DNA of 64,000 nt, from the NCBI GenBank assembly GCA_036497945.1, contig DASXIN010000023.1, positions 54,140-118,139 on the forward strand, written 5' to 3'. Of the stretch, positions 20,121 to 34,373 are shown piece after piece. Source of the stretch: Streptosporangiaceae bacterium (GTDB lineage Bacteria; Actinomycetota; Actinomycetes; Streptosporangiales; Streptosporangiaceae). The notes under the pieces are model-generated. The model saw only the letters and a list, made by a program, of their open reading frames with translations, was not told the DNA's origin and made no database searches. A program made the position numbers and the translations under genes. Position 1 is the first letter of the stretch. Each line of letters begins with the position of its first letter.

Positions 20121-20360
20121 GTGGCCATGTCCCTGAATCACTCTCCGGAGATGCACAAGAACATCCTCGCCCGCATCCCATCCGTCACCGGGCGCGAACT
20201 CCGAGAGTGGTTCAATAGCCTCGAATCTGGGCCGCCGTTCTCGCGCTGCGAAGAGCGCGCGCACTGGCTGTCCGACGAGCATGGCCTGTCTCACGGCTAC
20301 GCCTCCGCGATCGTGCACGAGTACGAAGTCCGCCGCCGCTTGCGGTTGAACACCGCCTGA
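20121..20360 (+). CDS. DUF4287-like small protein
   Basis: 79 aa. TGRELREWF...HWLSDEHGLSHGYASAIVHEY resembles DUF4287. CTGGAGGTGGCC precedes the ATG. Confidence 0.65.
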   Translation: MAMSLNHSPEMHKNILARIPSVTGRELREWFNSLESGPPFSRCEERAHWLSDEHGLSHGYASAIVHEYEVRRRLRLNTA

Positions 20361-20363
20361 CTC

Positions 20364-20774
20364 ATGGATATAGAGCAGGCCCGGGAGTTTCTGCGCGCGA
20401 ACCACCGGGCCGTGCTGGCCACTGCCCGCGCGGACGGTCGTCCCCAGCTCTCCCCGCTGATCTGCGCGGTGGATGACGCCGGGCTGGTCATCATCAGCAC
20501 CCGCGAGACCGCCGTCAAGACCCGGAACCTGCGCCGTAACCCGGCCGCCTCGCTCTGCGTGTTCACCGACGGGTTCTTCGGCCCGTGGGTCCAGGTGGAT
20601 GGCACCGCGGAGATCATCTCTCTGCCCGCCGCCATGGACCACTTGATCGACTACTACCGGCGGATCTCCGGCGAGCACCCGGACTGGGCTGACTACCGCG
20701 CGGCCATGATCCGCGACCGTCGCTGCATCGTGCGCATCACCATCACCCGGGCCGGCCCGGACATCGCGGGCTGA
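20364..20774 (+). CDS. PPOX-class (pyridoxamine 5'-phosphate oxidase-like) probable F420-dependent enzyme
   Basis: ARADGRPQLSPL....TRETAVKTRNLRRNPAASLCV split-barrel signature, 136 aa. Confidence 0.8.
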   Translation: MDIEQAREFLRANHRAVLATARADGRPQLSPLICAVDDAGLVIISTRETAVKTRNLRRNPAASLCVFTDGFFGPWVQVDGTAEIISLPAAMDHLIDYYRRISGEHPDWADYRAAMIRDRRCIVRITITRAGPDIAG

Positions 20775-21263
20775 CCCGTCCTCCGCCGCCATCGGCGGCC
20801 GGATTCACCGACAAACGGCGACTTCGCATGCGTCCGGTACGGCTGAACCGGGACGATTCGGGCGGGAACCCGCACGTCCCGCATGCCATGTCAGCGCTTG
20901 TCGGTGATCAGGTCCTCGGCCACCACCCGGTGCGCCGTGCACCCTCTCCACTCCACTGCGGCACAGGGCCCCGTTCGCGAGCCAAACCGGGCCAAACTTG
21001 ATTCGGTGCGAGTTGCCCGCTGTGCGACCGCTGTTCCGGTGGAACAACCGTCCTGCTCATCGCGTGTTTCGCCAGATTGTATTGACCGGCGATTTAGTCG
21101 GTCAGCATGATCAGTAACCGCCGAGAATGGCCGGCCTAACACTGTGCCGACGCCCATAGCAGACAGCTTGTGCGATAGGCGAACGCCGGACGACCGTTAC
21201 CCGCACCGTCCCCCGGCGCCCGTCACAGCGCATCGGCGCAGGTCAGTGCCTAGTTAACAACGG

Positions 21264-21337
21264 TGCCCCCGGTCGGAGTCGAACCGACACTGGGGACCCT
21301 TTTAGGGGGCCGGCCTCTTCCCTTGGGCTACGGGGGC
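21264..21337 (-). tRNA. tRNA-like gene with atypical anticodon loop (apparent anticodon UAA; identity undetermined)
   Basis: Minus-strand sequence GCCCCCGTAGCCCAAGGGAAGAGGCCGGCCCCCTAAAAGGGTCCCCAGTGTCGGTTCGACTCCGACCGGGGGCA. It has a perfect 7-bp acceptor stem, a T arm GTCGG-TTCGACT-CCGAC, and an anticodon arm GGCCC-CCTAAAA-GGGTC. No CCA is encoded. Confidence 0.7.
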
Positions 21338-21515
21338 TGGGTAATAATACCCCGGGGAGTCAGTGCGACTCTCGGGCAGCCGAATTGATACAGATTGTTT
21401 CGGCCGGGGGCAGTTATCTATTTCCACTAGTGGACTGAATGCAAAGAGTAACCATTTCGATTACGTTCGACGCTGATTGCTCACGGAGAGTAACCAGATG
21501 ACAGTCCCGCCCCCG

Positions 21516-22376
21516 TCAACCCCCAAGCCCGCCGGCGGAACGGGCTTGCAGGAAGACCGCATCCAGCATGCCAGGAGTGACCCGCCCAGTGAACGTATTC
21601 TGCTGACTCGGGTGATAACACCCGATGACGGTGATCGGGCCGTCCGGCCCAGCCAGCACGGCCTCGGCCCCGTGCCCGAAGGCCGGCCGCGGCCGCGGCA
21701 CCGGGACGCCCACCGTGCCCAGCACCGGCCACAGCGCCTGCCAGGCGAACGCGCCCAGGCACACGATGGCGCGCAGGCCGCTGGACAGGCAGCGGAGTTC
21801 CTCGGCCAGCCACGGCTGGCAGCTGTCCCGCTCGGTCACCGTCGGCTTGTTGCCGGGCGGCGCGCAGCGCACCGCGGCCGCCATCCGGGTGTGCAGCAGC
21901 CGCTGCCCGTCGCCGGCCGCGGTGCTGAACGGCTCGGCGGCCAGCCCGCACCGGTGCAGTGACGCGAACAGCACGTCGCCGCTGCGGTCGCCGGTGAAGA
22001 TTCGGCCGGTCCGGTTGCCGCCATGCGCCGCGGGCGCCAGCCCGAGGATAAGGATCCGTGGCTGGTCGCTGCCCCAGCCCGCGATGGGCCGGCCCCAGTA
22101 CGGCTCGGTGGCGTGCGCCCGGCGCTTGACCCGGGCCACCTCCTCCCGCCAGGCGACCAGCCGCGGGCAGGCCCGGCACACCGACTCCCGGGCGGTCAGT
22201 TCGGCCAGGCTGCCCGCACTGGCGGCCAGCGCGCGGACCTGTGCCGGGCCGGCCGCCACCGGCGTCTCGGGGGTGGCCGGGTCGTCGGGCCAGCCGGTAC
22301 CAGGCGGCACGGGGCTTTCAGGCACCGGGTTATTAGACACTGGGTTATCAGACACGGGGCCGTCCGGCACGCTCAC
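21516..22376 (-). CDS. udgB: uracil-DNA glycosylase, family 4/5 (UdgB-like, Fe-S type)
   Basis: CRACPRLV cysteine motif, [19 protein letters not shown] and HPSQQN motifs. GTG start 22376 overlaps the ppx TGA (GTGA). N-terminal PVSxNPV low-complexity repeats. Confidence 0.82.
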   Translation of the reverse strand: MSVPDGPVSDNPVSNNPVPESPVPPGTGWPDDPATPETPVAAGPAQVRALAASAGSLAELTARESVCRACPRLVAWREEVARVKRRAHATEPYWGRPIAGWGSDQPRILILGLAPAAHGGNRTGRIFTGDRSGDVLFASLHRCGLAAEPFSTAAGDGQRLLHTRMAAAVRCAPPGNKPTVTERDSCQPWLAEELRCLSSGLRAIVCLGAFAWQALWPVLGTVGVPVPRPRPAFGHGAEAVLAGPDGPITVIGCYHPSQQNTFTGRVTPGMLDAVFLQARSAGGLGG

Positions 22377-23338
22377 CGGCCCGCCGCCAGCGCCCAGGCG
22401 ATGCCGTCCAGGATGTCGTGCTCGCTGACCAGCACCTCGGCGAAGCCGAACCGGCGCATGACGTGGTCGAGCACCAGTGCGCCGCCGCCGATCACATCCA
22501 CCCGGCCCGGGTGCATGACGCCGAGCGCGGCCCGCTGCGCGCGGGTCTGGCTGAGCAGCGCGCCGGTCTGCTCCGCGACCTGAGCAGCGGAGATGCGCGC
22601 GTGGTGGATCCGGCCCGGGTCGTACTCGGCCAGCCCGAGCGCGAGGCCAGCCACCGTGGTCACCGACCCGGCCAGGCCGACCAGCGTCCGAGCCGTCGCC
22701 GCGGGCATGGCCGCGGCCACCCGGTCCAGGGCGGCCTCGATATCCGCCGTGGCCGCCGCGATCTCGGCCCGGGTAGGTGGGTCGCAGTGCAGATGGCGTT
22801 CGGTCAGTCGGACACAGCCGATGTCCACGGACAGCGCGCGGAGGCCGGTACGCGCCGCCGGGCGGCCGGCTGGCTGGCCGGGCCCGAGCACGAACTCGGT
22901 CGAGCCGCCGCCGATGTCCACCACCAGGTACGGACCCGCCGCGGCGGGTAGTTCGGCGGTGGCACCGGTGAACGACAGGTACGCCTCGTCCTGGCCGCTG
23001 AGCACCTCCGGCGTCACGCCAAGCACGTCTTCGACGCCGCGGACGAAGTCGGCGGCGTTGGCCGCGTCCCGGGTGGCGCTGGTGGCGACCATCCGGACTG
23101 CGTCGGCCGACGCCGCCCTGATGATCTTGGCGTAGCCGGCCAGCGCGCGCAGTGTGCGGTCCAGCGCTTCCGGTGCCAACCGCCCGGTGGCGTCCACTCC
23201 CTGACCCAGCCGGACGATCTCCATCCGGCGGTCCACGTCGGTCAGCCGCCCGGCCGCCGGGTCGACGTCGGCCACCAGCAGGCGCAGCGAGTTGGTCCCG
23301 CAGTCCACGGCCGCGACCCGGGTCCCAGCCGTGGTCAT
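22373..23338 (-). CDS. ppx: exopolyphosphatase (Ppx/GppA family)
   Basis: [15 protein letters not shown] and DIGGGSTE actin-fold ATPase motifs. ATG 23338 overlaps the DUF501 stop (ATGA). Confidence 0.88.
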   Translation of the reverse strand: MTTAGTRVAAVDCGTNSLRLLVADVDPAAGRLTDVDRRMEIVRLGQGVDATGRLAPEALDRTLRALAGYAKIIRAASADAVRMVATSATRDAANAADFVRGVEDVLGVTPEVLSGQDEAYLSFTGATAELPAAAGPYLVVDIGGGSTEFVLGPGQPAGRPAARTGLRALSVDIGCVRLTERHLHCDPPTRAEIAAATADIEAALDRVAAAMPAATARTLVGLAGSVTTVAGLALGLAEYDPGRIHHARISAAQVAEQTGALLSQTRAQRAALGVMHPGRVDVIGGGALVLDHVMRRFGFAEVLVSEHDILDGIAWALAAGR

Positions 23339-23805
23339 GGCACGCACCGGCCGCGTGACCACCACTCCCCCGCCGCGTCCACCGCCTCCCGGCCCAGCGG
23401 GTTGGCGCCCGGAACGGCCAGCTCATGCGCGGCCAGCGCGTGCAGGCACTTCACCCGGTCCGGCATGCCGCCCGCGCTCTGCGTGCCGGGCGGCAGCGGC
23501 TCCAGTCCGTCCGCGGCCGCCGCCGCGTCCCGGCGGGCCAGGTAGTCACGGTGCGCCGCCTGCTGGGCCGCACGCAGCCCCGGGTCGGTGCCCAGCCGCT
23601 GCTCCATCTCGTGCATCACTCCGGCCGATTCCAGCCTGCTCAGCGCGGCCGCCGCGCGCGGGCAGGTCAGGTAGAACAACGTCGGGAACGGCGAGCCGTC
23701 CGGCAGCCGGGGTGCCGTCTCGACCACGTCGGGCAGCCCGCACGGGCAGCGGTGCGCCACCCCGCGCAGCCCCCGCGGCGGCCGCCCCAGTTGGGCCGCC
23801 ACCAC
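23335..23805 (-). CDS. DUF501 domain protein
   Basis: [45 protein letters not shown] is the conserved DUF501 core. Start placed at GTG 23805 or 23802, giving about 156 aa. The longer track ORF runs through intergenic repeats. Confidence 0.78.
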   Translation of the reverse strand: MVAAQLGRPPRGLRGVAHRCPCGLPDVVETAPRLPDGSPFPTLFYLTCPRAAAALSRLESAGVMHEMEQRLGTDPGLRAAQQAAHRDYLARRDAAAAADGLEPLPPGTQSAGGMPDRVKCLHALAAHELAVPGANPLGREAVDAAGEWWSRGRCVP

Positions 23806-23817
23806 GCGCTCTGTTTG

Positions 23818-23915
23818 CTTTGCGCCTCCGGGGGGCTTGTACCCGCCGACTTCCCTCGTCGCTTGTCGCTCGTTCCTCGCTCCGCGCTCCTCAGTCCAGT
23901 CGGCGGCGCGCTCTG
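23818..23915. repeat. interspersed structured repeat, copy A (3'-truncated, with two short internal insertions)
   Basis: TTTGCGCCTCCGGGG..CCGCCGAC-TTCCCTCGTCGCT..CGTTCCTCGCTC..TCAGTCCA-GTCGGCGG. Aligns with copies B and C. Confidence 0.8.
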
Positions 23916-23918
23916 CTT

Positions 23919-24011
23919 CCTTGCGCCTCCGGGGCCCCTTAAGGCGTCGCCTTCCCTCGTCGCTCGTTCCTCGCTCCTCAGTCCAGTCGACGCCGGGCCC
24001 CTTCGGCGCGG
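23919..24011. repeat. interspersed structured repeat, copy B
   Basis: CTTGCGCCTCCGGGG..GGCGTCG-CCTTCCCTCGTCGCTCGTTCCTCGCTCCTCAGTCCAGT-CGACGCC..CCCCTTCGGCGCGG. Its edge at 24011 lies 8 nt from the ftsB-like stop codon (24020-24022). Confidence 0.8.
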
Positions 24012-24019
24012 TCACGACG

Positions 24020-24495
24020 TCACCGGGAGGCAGGCCGGTCGGCCTGCTGGACGGACGACCACAGCCGCTCGTACCACGGCGTGCCGGCCACCGCGGCGGC
24101 CGCGCCCGCGTTGTGGGCCGGCTGCCCGCCGACGATCACGTAGCAGGTCTGCCGCGGCATGCAGTAGTGCAGCCGGTCCCGGGCCTGCTGCTCGATGTAG
24201 GCCGGGTCGTTCAGCCGGGCCGCCTCAGCCTGCAGCCGGGCCAGCTGGGCCTGGGTCTGCGCGCTCTGCGCCAGCAGCTGGTCGATCTGCCGCCGCTGCG
24301 CGATGTACTCCCGTACCGGGTAGGCCAGGCTCAGCGCGATCGCGCAGAGCACCACGGCCAGCACCGCCGCCCGGCTGGTGAACCGGGCGCGTTCCGGCGA
24401 TTGCGGCGCCGCCGGCTGGGGCGCTGCCGACTGCGGAGCCGTCGGCTCTGATGCCGGCGGCTGCGCAGGCTGTGGCGCTGGCTGCGGCCCGGGCA

Positions 24496-24496
<1 letters not shown>
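24020..24496 (-). CDS. septum formation initiator family protein (FtsB/DivIC-like)
   Basis: Pro/Ala/Gln-rich N-terminus, one TM helix (AAVLAVVLCAIALSLAY), then a coiled coil and DPAYIEQQARDRL motif. Start ATG shares one nt with the eno stop. Confidence 0.85.
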
Positions 24497-26982
<2,486 letters not shown>

Positions 26983-26983
<1 letters not shown>

Positions 26984-27666
26984 CAGCAGTGCGGGCTGAG
27001 CTGCGGGGCGGCCGTCCCGGTCGGTGCCGGGGATGGCGTGCCGGGCAGCGCGGACAGCTTGTCCGGTGCCGCGACCACGCCGATGTTCCGGTAGTCGAGC
27101 GCCCCGTACTGCGGGTTGACCTGGATGCCGAGGCTCTTGGCCGCCTCGCACTGCGAGGTGTTGAACTGGTTGCTCAGCGTCTGCAGCGCGGGTGTCGCGG
27201 TGGGCAGCTTCCCGCCGTCCAGCCGGTTCAGCACCGCGTCCTGGATGGCCACGTACCGGCCCAGCTCGTTCATCTGGTCCGGCGGTATCCCGTTGGCCAC
27301 GGCCAGGTCCTGCGCGGTGACCCCGCTCTGCTTGGCCTGCGCGGAAATGGACGCCAGCGCGTCCTGCACCTGGGTCTGGCTCACTGTGACGCCGTACCGC
27401 TGCGCCATCTGCTCCCGTACCTTGAACCGGAGCAGCCAGCTGAGCACCTCCTGCGGCATCTGCGACGCGGCGAACTGGAGCTGGATCTTGGCCTTGTTCG
27501 CCTGGTAGGCCTGGTTGAGGTTGTTCACCTCGTTGGTCACTGTGGCGGTGGAGATCCGCTCGTTGTCGCTCACCGCGGCTGCGCCCAGCTTGACCGAACC
27601 GCAGGCGGACAGCGTGAGCGCCCCGGCCAGCGCCGCGGCGGTCAGGATGATGGGGGTGCGGAGCAC
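26983..27666 (-). CDS. SurA N-terminal-domain-like lipoprotein
   Basis: Lipobox LTLSAC after a hydrophobic signal. Helical chaperone-like body. GTG 27666 chosen downstream of the mfd stop; start uncertain. Confidence 0.72.
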
Positions 27667-27688
27667 GAAGGTGGCCCTTTCTTCTCCT

Positions 27689-31318
<3,630 letters not shown>

Positions 31319-31513
31319 GATGTCCTTGATCAGCCCGTAGTGGCGGCCACGGGAGGCAGCACGAAAGGCCCGCACCAGCGGGCAGCGGGGCTACCTGAGC
31401 CAGGCGGGATACCACAATTTTAGCCGGGCCGGCTGGCAACTCGGCACACGGCGTTCGCAAACCGAGCCCTTAACCCGTGACTATCCGCAGGCAGAGGGCT
31501 AGTTTAAGGGTTT

Positions 31514-32350
31514 GTGACATCGGTCAGCGGTGTTCCGGGGGAAGACACCACTAGATCAGCACACCCCCCGGAAGCGCGGTCAGTGCGTGCGCAGGCAGCG
31601 CAGCGCCAGCCAGTGCCGCCGGAAACTACGGCGGAGACCAGCCTGTTCACCAGGTGGGTGCAGGGGTATGCGGCGGAACGTTTCGGCCAGCAGATCGCCG
31701 TACTGCTGGCCGGGGCGGTCACCGCAGCCGGTGACCTGGGCCTGGCCAGCCTGCGGGACAGCGGCGCCGACATCGTCGTCACCCTGGTCGACGACGACCA
31801 GCCGGTCAACCGGGCCGCGCTGGCCACGCACCCGGGCCTGGGCCGGTGCACGCTCGGCGACCTGCGCACCGTCCTGCTCCCGCAGCGGTCCTACGACATC
31901 GTGGCCTGCACCCTGCTGCTGGACCGGATCGAGCACGCCGAACTGGTGCTGGACCGGCTGACCGACGCGATCAAGCCGGGCGGCCTGCTGCTACTGCAGA
32001 CCCGGGACCGGGATTCGGCGGCGGGCTTCCTGGACCGGGTGCTGCCCGGCTGGCTGCGCGGGGCGATCTGGCGCCAGCAGCGGCCAGGACGCCCCGGGCC
32101 ACACCCGGCGGTCTACGAGCGGCTCGCCTCGGTGCGCGGCATGCAGTCCTATGTCCTGCTCCGCGGGCTGGTCATCGCCGAGCGCCAGCCGCTCGGCGGG
32201 CTGGCCGGCGGGCTGCACCCGGCGCCACGCGGCTACCTGGCCGCGCAGCAGGCGGTGGCCTGGCTGTCCGGGCACCGGCTGACCGCCGGGCACGAGGAAT
32301 TCCTCTACGTGCTGCGCAAGCCGGAAAACCGGTTCGCCCGCATCCTCTGA
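31514..32350 (+). CDS. class I SAM-methyltransferase-like protein (motif I poorly conserved)
   Basis: YDIVACTLLLDRIEHAELVLDRLTDAIKPGGLLLLQ matches the post-I/II/III region of class I methyltransferases. No clear GxGxG motif. GTG start. Confidence 0.55.
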   Translation: MTSVSGVPGEDTTRSAHPPEARSVRAQAAQRQPVPPETTAETSLFTRWVQGYAAERFGQQIAVLLAGAVTAAGDLGLASLRDSGADIVVTLVDDDQPVNRAALATHPGLGRCTLGDLRTVLLPQRSYDIVACTLLLDRIEHAELVLDRLTDAIKPGGLLLLQTRDRDSAAGFLDRVLPGWLRGAIWRQQRPGRPGPHPAVYERLASVRGMQSYVLLRGLVIAERQPLGGLAGGLHPAPRGYLAAQQAVAWLSGHRLTAGHEEFLYVLRKPENRFARIL

Positions 32351-32412
32351 TGTAGCCTCTGCTTGCCGGCGGATACGGCCGGGGTTACCGGCGGCCGGAT
32401 GGAGGGGAAATC

Positions 32413-33993
32413 GTGCAGGCTGAGGCGCAGGCGGGGATCTCCGCGCAGCTGGCCGGGCTTCCCTCGCTGACCCTGGACGAGGGGCAGCTGGGCGATCTGG
32501 AGCTCCTGCTCACCGGCTGTTTCGCGCCGCTGCGCGGCTACCTGACCCCGGCCGAGGTGATGTCGGTCAGTGCGCATGGCACGCTGCCGGATGGCACGCC
32601 GTGGCCGGTGCCGGTCACCCTGGACGTGCCCGCCGGGAGCATCAAGCCAGACGCGGCCCGGCTGCTGCTGCAGGACCCGGAAGGCACGCCGCTCGCCGCG
32701 CTGGACATCACCGACCGGCTGCCGCTGGACTCTTCCACCGACGTCCGGCCGGGTTACGGCCGGGCGGAGGCCGCGGGCCCGCGGCTGGTCCGGCTCAGCG
32801 GCCCGGTGACCGCGCTCCGCCCGCCCGAGCACGGGCCGTTCCGTGAGCTGCGGCGGCTGCCCGCGGAGGTGCGCGCGGAACTGGCCGGCACCCCGGTGCT
32901 TGGCTATGTGACCAGCGCGCCACTGCACTCCCGGCAGATCGGCCAGCTGCGGCACGCGGCCAGCCAGCTGAAGGCCCGGCTGCTGCTGCTCCCCCGGGTG
33001 GCCGGGCCGGCCGAAATCGTGCTGCGGCCCGACGCGCTGGTCCGCACGGTGCTGGCCGCCGCCCGCAGCCTCCCGCCGGGCACCCTGGTCATCCCGGTGC
33101 CGCTGCGCCGCGGCCCAGCCAGCCCGGCTGACGACCTGGCGCTGCAGGCCCGGGTGGCGGCCGCCTATGGCGCGACGCAACTGCTGGCGGACGCTCCCGC
33201 CGGGCCGGCCAGCGAAGGGGTGCGGCCGGCGCCAGTCATCCCGGTGCTGTCCCCCGGCGACTGGGCGTACGACCCCACGGCCGAGGTGTGGCGCCCGCTG
33301 GCCCTGATCGAGGCGGGCACCGAGCGCGCCGACCTGGCCACCGGCGAGCTCGACGATCTGCTCGACCGCGGCGAGGAGATACCGGCCTGGTTCACCCCCC
33401 CGGCGGTGGCCGCGGAACTGCGCCGGGCCCGGCCGCCGCGCAATGAGCGCGGGCTGGTCGTCTTCTTCACCGGGCTGTCCGGCTCGGGAAAGTCCACGCT
33501 GGCCCGGGCGCTGCGCGACGCGCTGAGCGAGCGCAGCGACCGGACCGTGTCACTGCTCGACGGTGACCTGGTCCGCGCGCTGCTGTCGGCCGGGCTGACC
33601 TTCTCCCGGGCCGACCGGGATCTCAACATCGCCCGGATCGGCTTCGTGGCCACCGAGATCGCCCGGCACGGCGGCATCGCTATCTGCGCCCCGATCGCGC
33701 CCTACGCCCAGGCCCGGCGCGACGTGCGGCGCGCGGTCCAGGAGGTCGGCGACTTCCTGCTGATCTACGTGGCCACCCCGGCCGAGGTGTGCGAGGCCCG
33801 GGACCGCAAGGGCCTGTACGCCAAGGCGCGAGCCGGGCTCATCGACCATTTCACCGGGGTGTCCGACCCGTACGAGGAACCCGGCGACGCGGACCTGATC
33901 ATCGACACCTCGGTGCTGAACCCCCAGGAAGCCCTGGCGACGGTCCTGCAGCTGCTGGTATCCGGCGGCTGGATCGCGCCGGGCGAGGGCTAG
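32413..33993 (+). CDS. adenylylsulfate (APS) kinase fused to an N-terminal ATP-sulfurylase-like domain with degenerate catalytic motifs
   Basis: C-terminus has P-loop FFTGLSGSGKST, LDGD, and KGLYAKARAGLIDHFTGVSDPYE. N-terminus has a PUA-like LTLDEGQLGDLELLLTG region, then TSAPLHSRQI where QTRNPxHRAH is expected, and ADAPAG where GRDHAG is expected. Confidence 0.82.
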   Translation: MQAEAQAGISAQLAGLPSLTLDEGQLGDLELLLTGCFAPLRGYLTPAEVMSVSAHGTLPDGTPWPVPVTLDVPAGSIKPDAARLLLQDPEGTPLAALDITDRLPLDSSTDVRPGYGRAEAAGPRLVRLSGPVTALRPPEHGPFRELRRLPAEVRAELAGTPVLGYVTSAPLHSRQIGQLRHAASQLKARLLLLPRVAGPAEIVLRPDALVRTVLAAARSLPPGTLVIPVPLRRGPASPADDLALQARVAAAYGATQLLADAPAGPASEGVRPAPVIPVLSPGDWAYDPTAEVWRPLALIEAGTERADLATGELDDLLDRGEEIPAWFTPPAVAAELRRARPPRNERGLVVFFTGLSGSGKSTLARALRDALSERSDRTVSLLDGDLVRALLSAGLTFSRADRDLNIARIGFVATEIARHGGIAICAPIAPYAQARRDVRRAVQEVGDFLLIYVATPAEVCEARDRKGLYAKARAGLIDHFTGVSDPYEEPGDADLIIDTSVLNPQEALATVLQLLVSGGWIAPGEG

Positions 33994-34361
33994 GCCGGGC
34001 TGTCCCGGTCGGCCGGGCCAGGCACGCTGGCCGGACTCGGCTCGCTGGCCGGACTGGGCTCGCTGGCCGGACTCGGCCCGCTGGCCGGACTGGGCTCGTC
34101 GTCGGCGTCCTCGGCCCGGGTTCCGGCGTCCAGCCGGCTGCGGAACTCGCCGACCCGGCTGCGCGCGCCGGACAGCCGTGCGGTCAGCGCCCCGGACATC
34201 CGGTCCCGCTGCCGGGACAGCAGCACGTAGCTGGCGATGCCGCTGATCAGTAGGGCCAGCCCGAGCAGCAGCAGGCCGCGGGCCCCAACCAGGTAGAGCA
34301 GCCCGGTGGCCGCGACGAACAGCAGCAGCCGGGCCGTCGTGTAGGCAAGCATGGATCGCAT
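33990..34361 (-). CDS. DUF4229 domain membrane protein with SPASEP-repeat tail
   Basis: ARLLLFVAATGLLYLVG..LLLLGLALLISGIASYVLLSRQRD is the DUF4229 two-helix core. The C-terminal PSPASG/PSPASE repeats are encoded by an 18-bp tandem repeat. Confidence 0.8.
   Translation of the reverse strand: MRSMLAYTTARLLLFVAATGLLYLVGARGLLLLGLALLISGIASYVLLSRQRDRMSGALTARLSGARSRVGEFRSRLDAGTRAEDADDEPSPASGPSPASEPSPASEPSPASVPGPADRDSPA
34026..34097. repeat. 4 x 18-bp in-frame tandem repeat (GCTGGCCGGACTSGGCYC)
   Basis: Units at 34026, 34044, 34062 and 34080 differ at 1-2 positions. They encode the (S/E)PSPAS repeats of the DUF4229 protein. Confidence 0.9.
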
Positions 34362-34373
34362 AGCAGGGCCAGC

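Noticed and set aside
20891-21157. 88-aa ORF (minus strand) next to the tRNA, considered as a possible integrase or phage remnant
   Set aside because: Only the last 20 or so codons show GC3 bias. There is no recognisable motif, no start context, and no direct repeat of the tRNA 3' half nearby. Treated as non-coding or decayed sequence.
22377-23426. Upstream 350 aa of the 636-aa track ORF 21516-23426(-)
   Set aside because: It is an out-of-frame shadow of ppx. The UDG-like sequence begins near GTG 22376, which overlaps the ppx stop.
23806-24015. N-terminal extension of the DUF501 ORF containing the DWTEERG..DWTEERG protein repeat
   Set aside because: The apparent protein repeat is just the translation of the two tandem copies of the interspersed DNA repeat. 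The conserved DUF501 core starts after them, and a 156-aa product fits the family size I remember.
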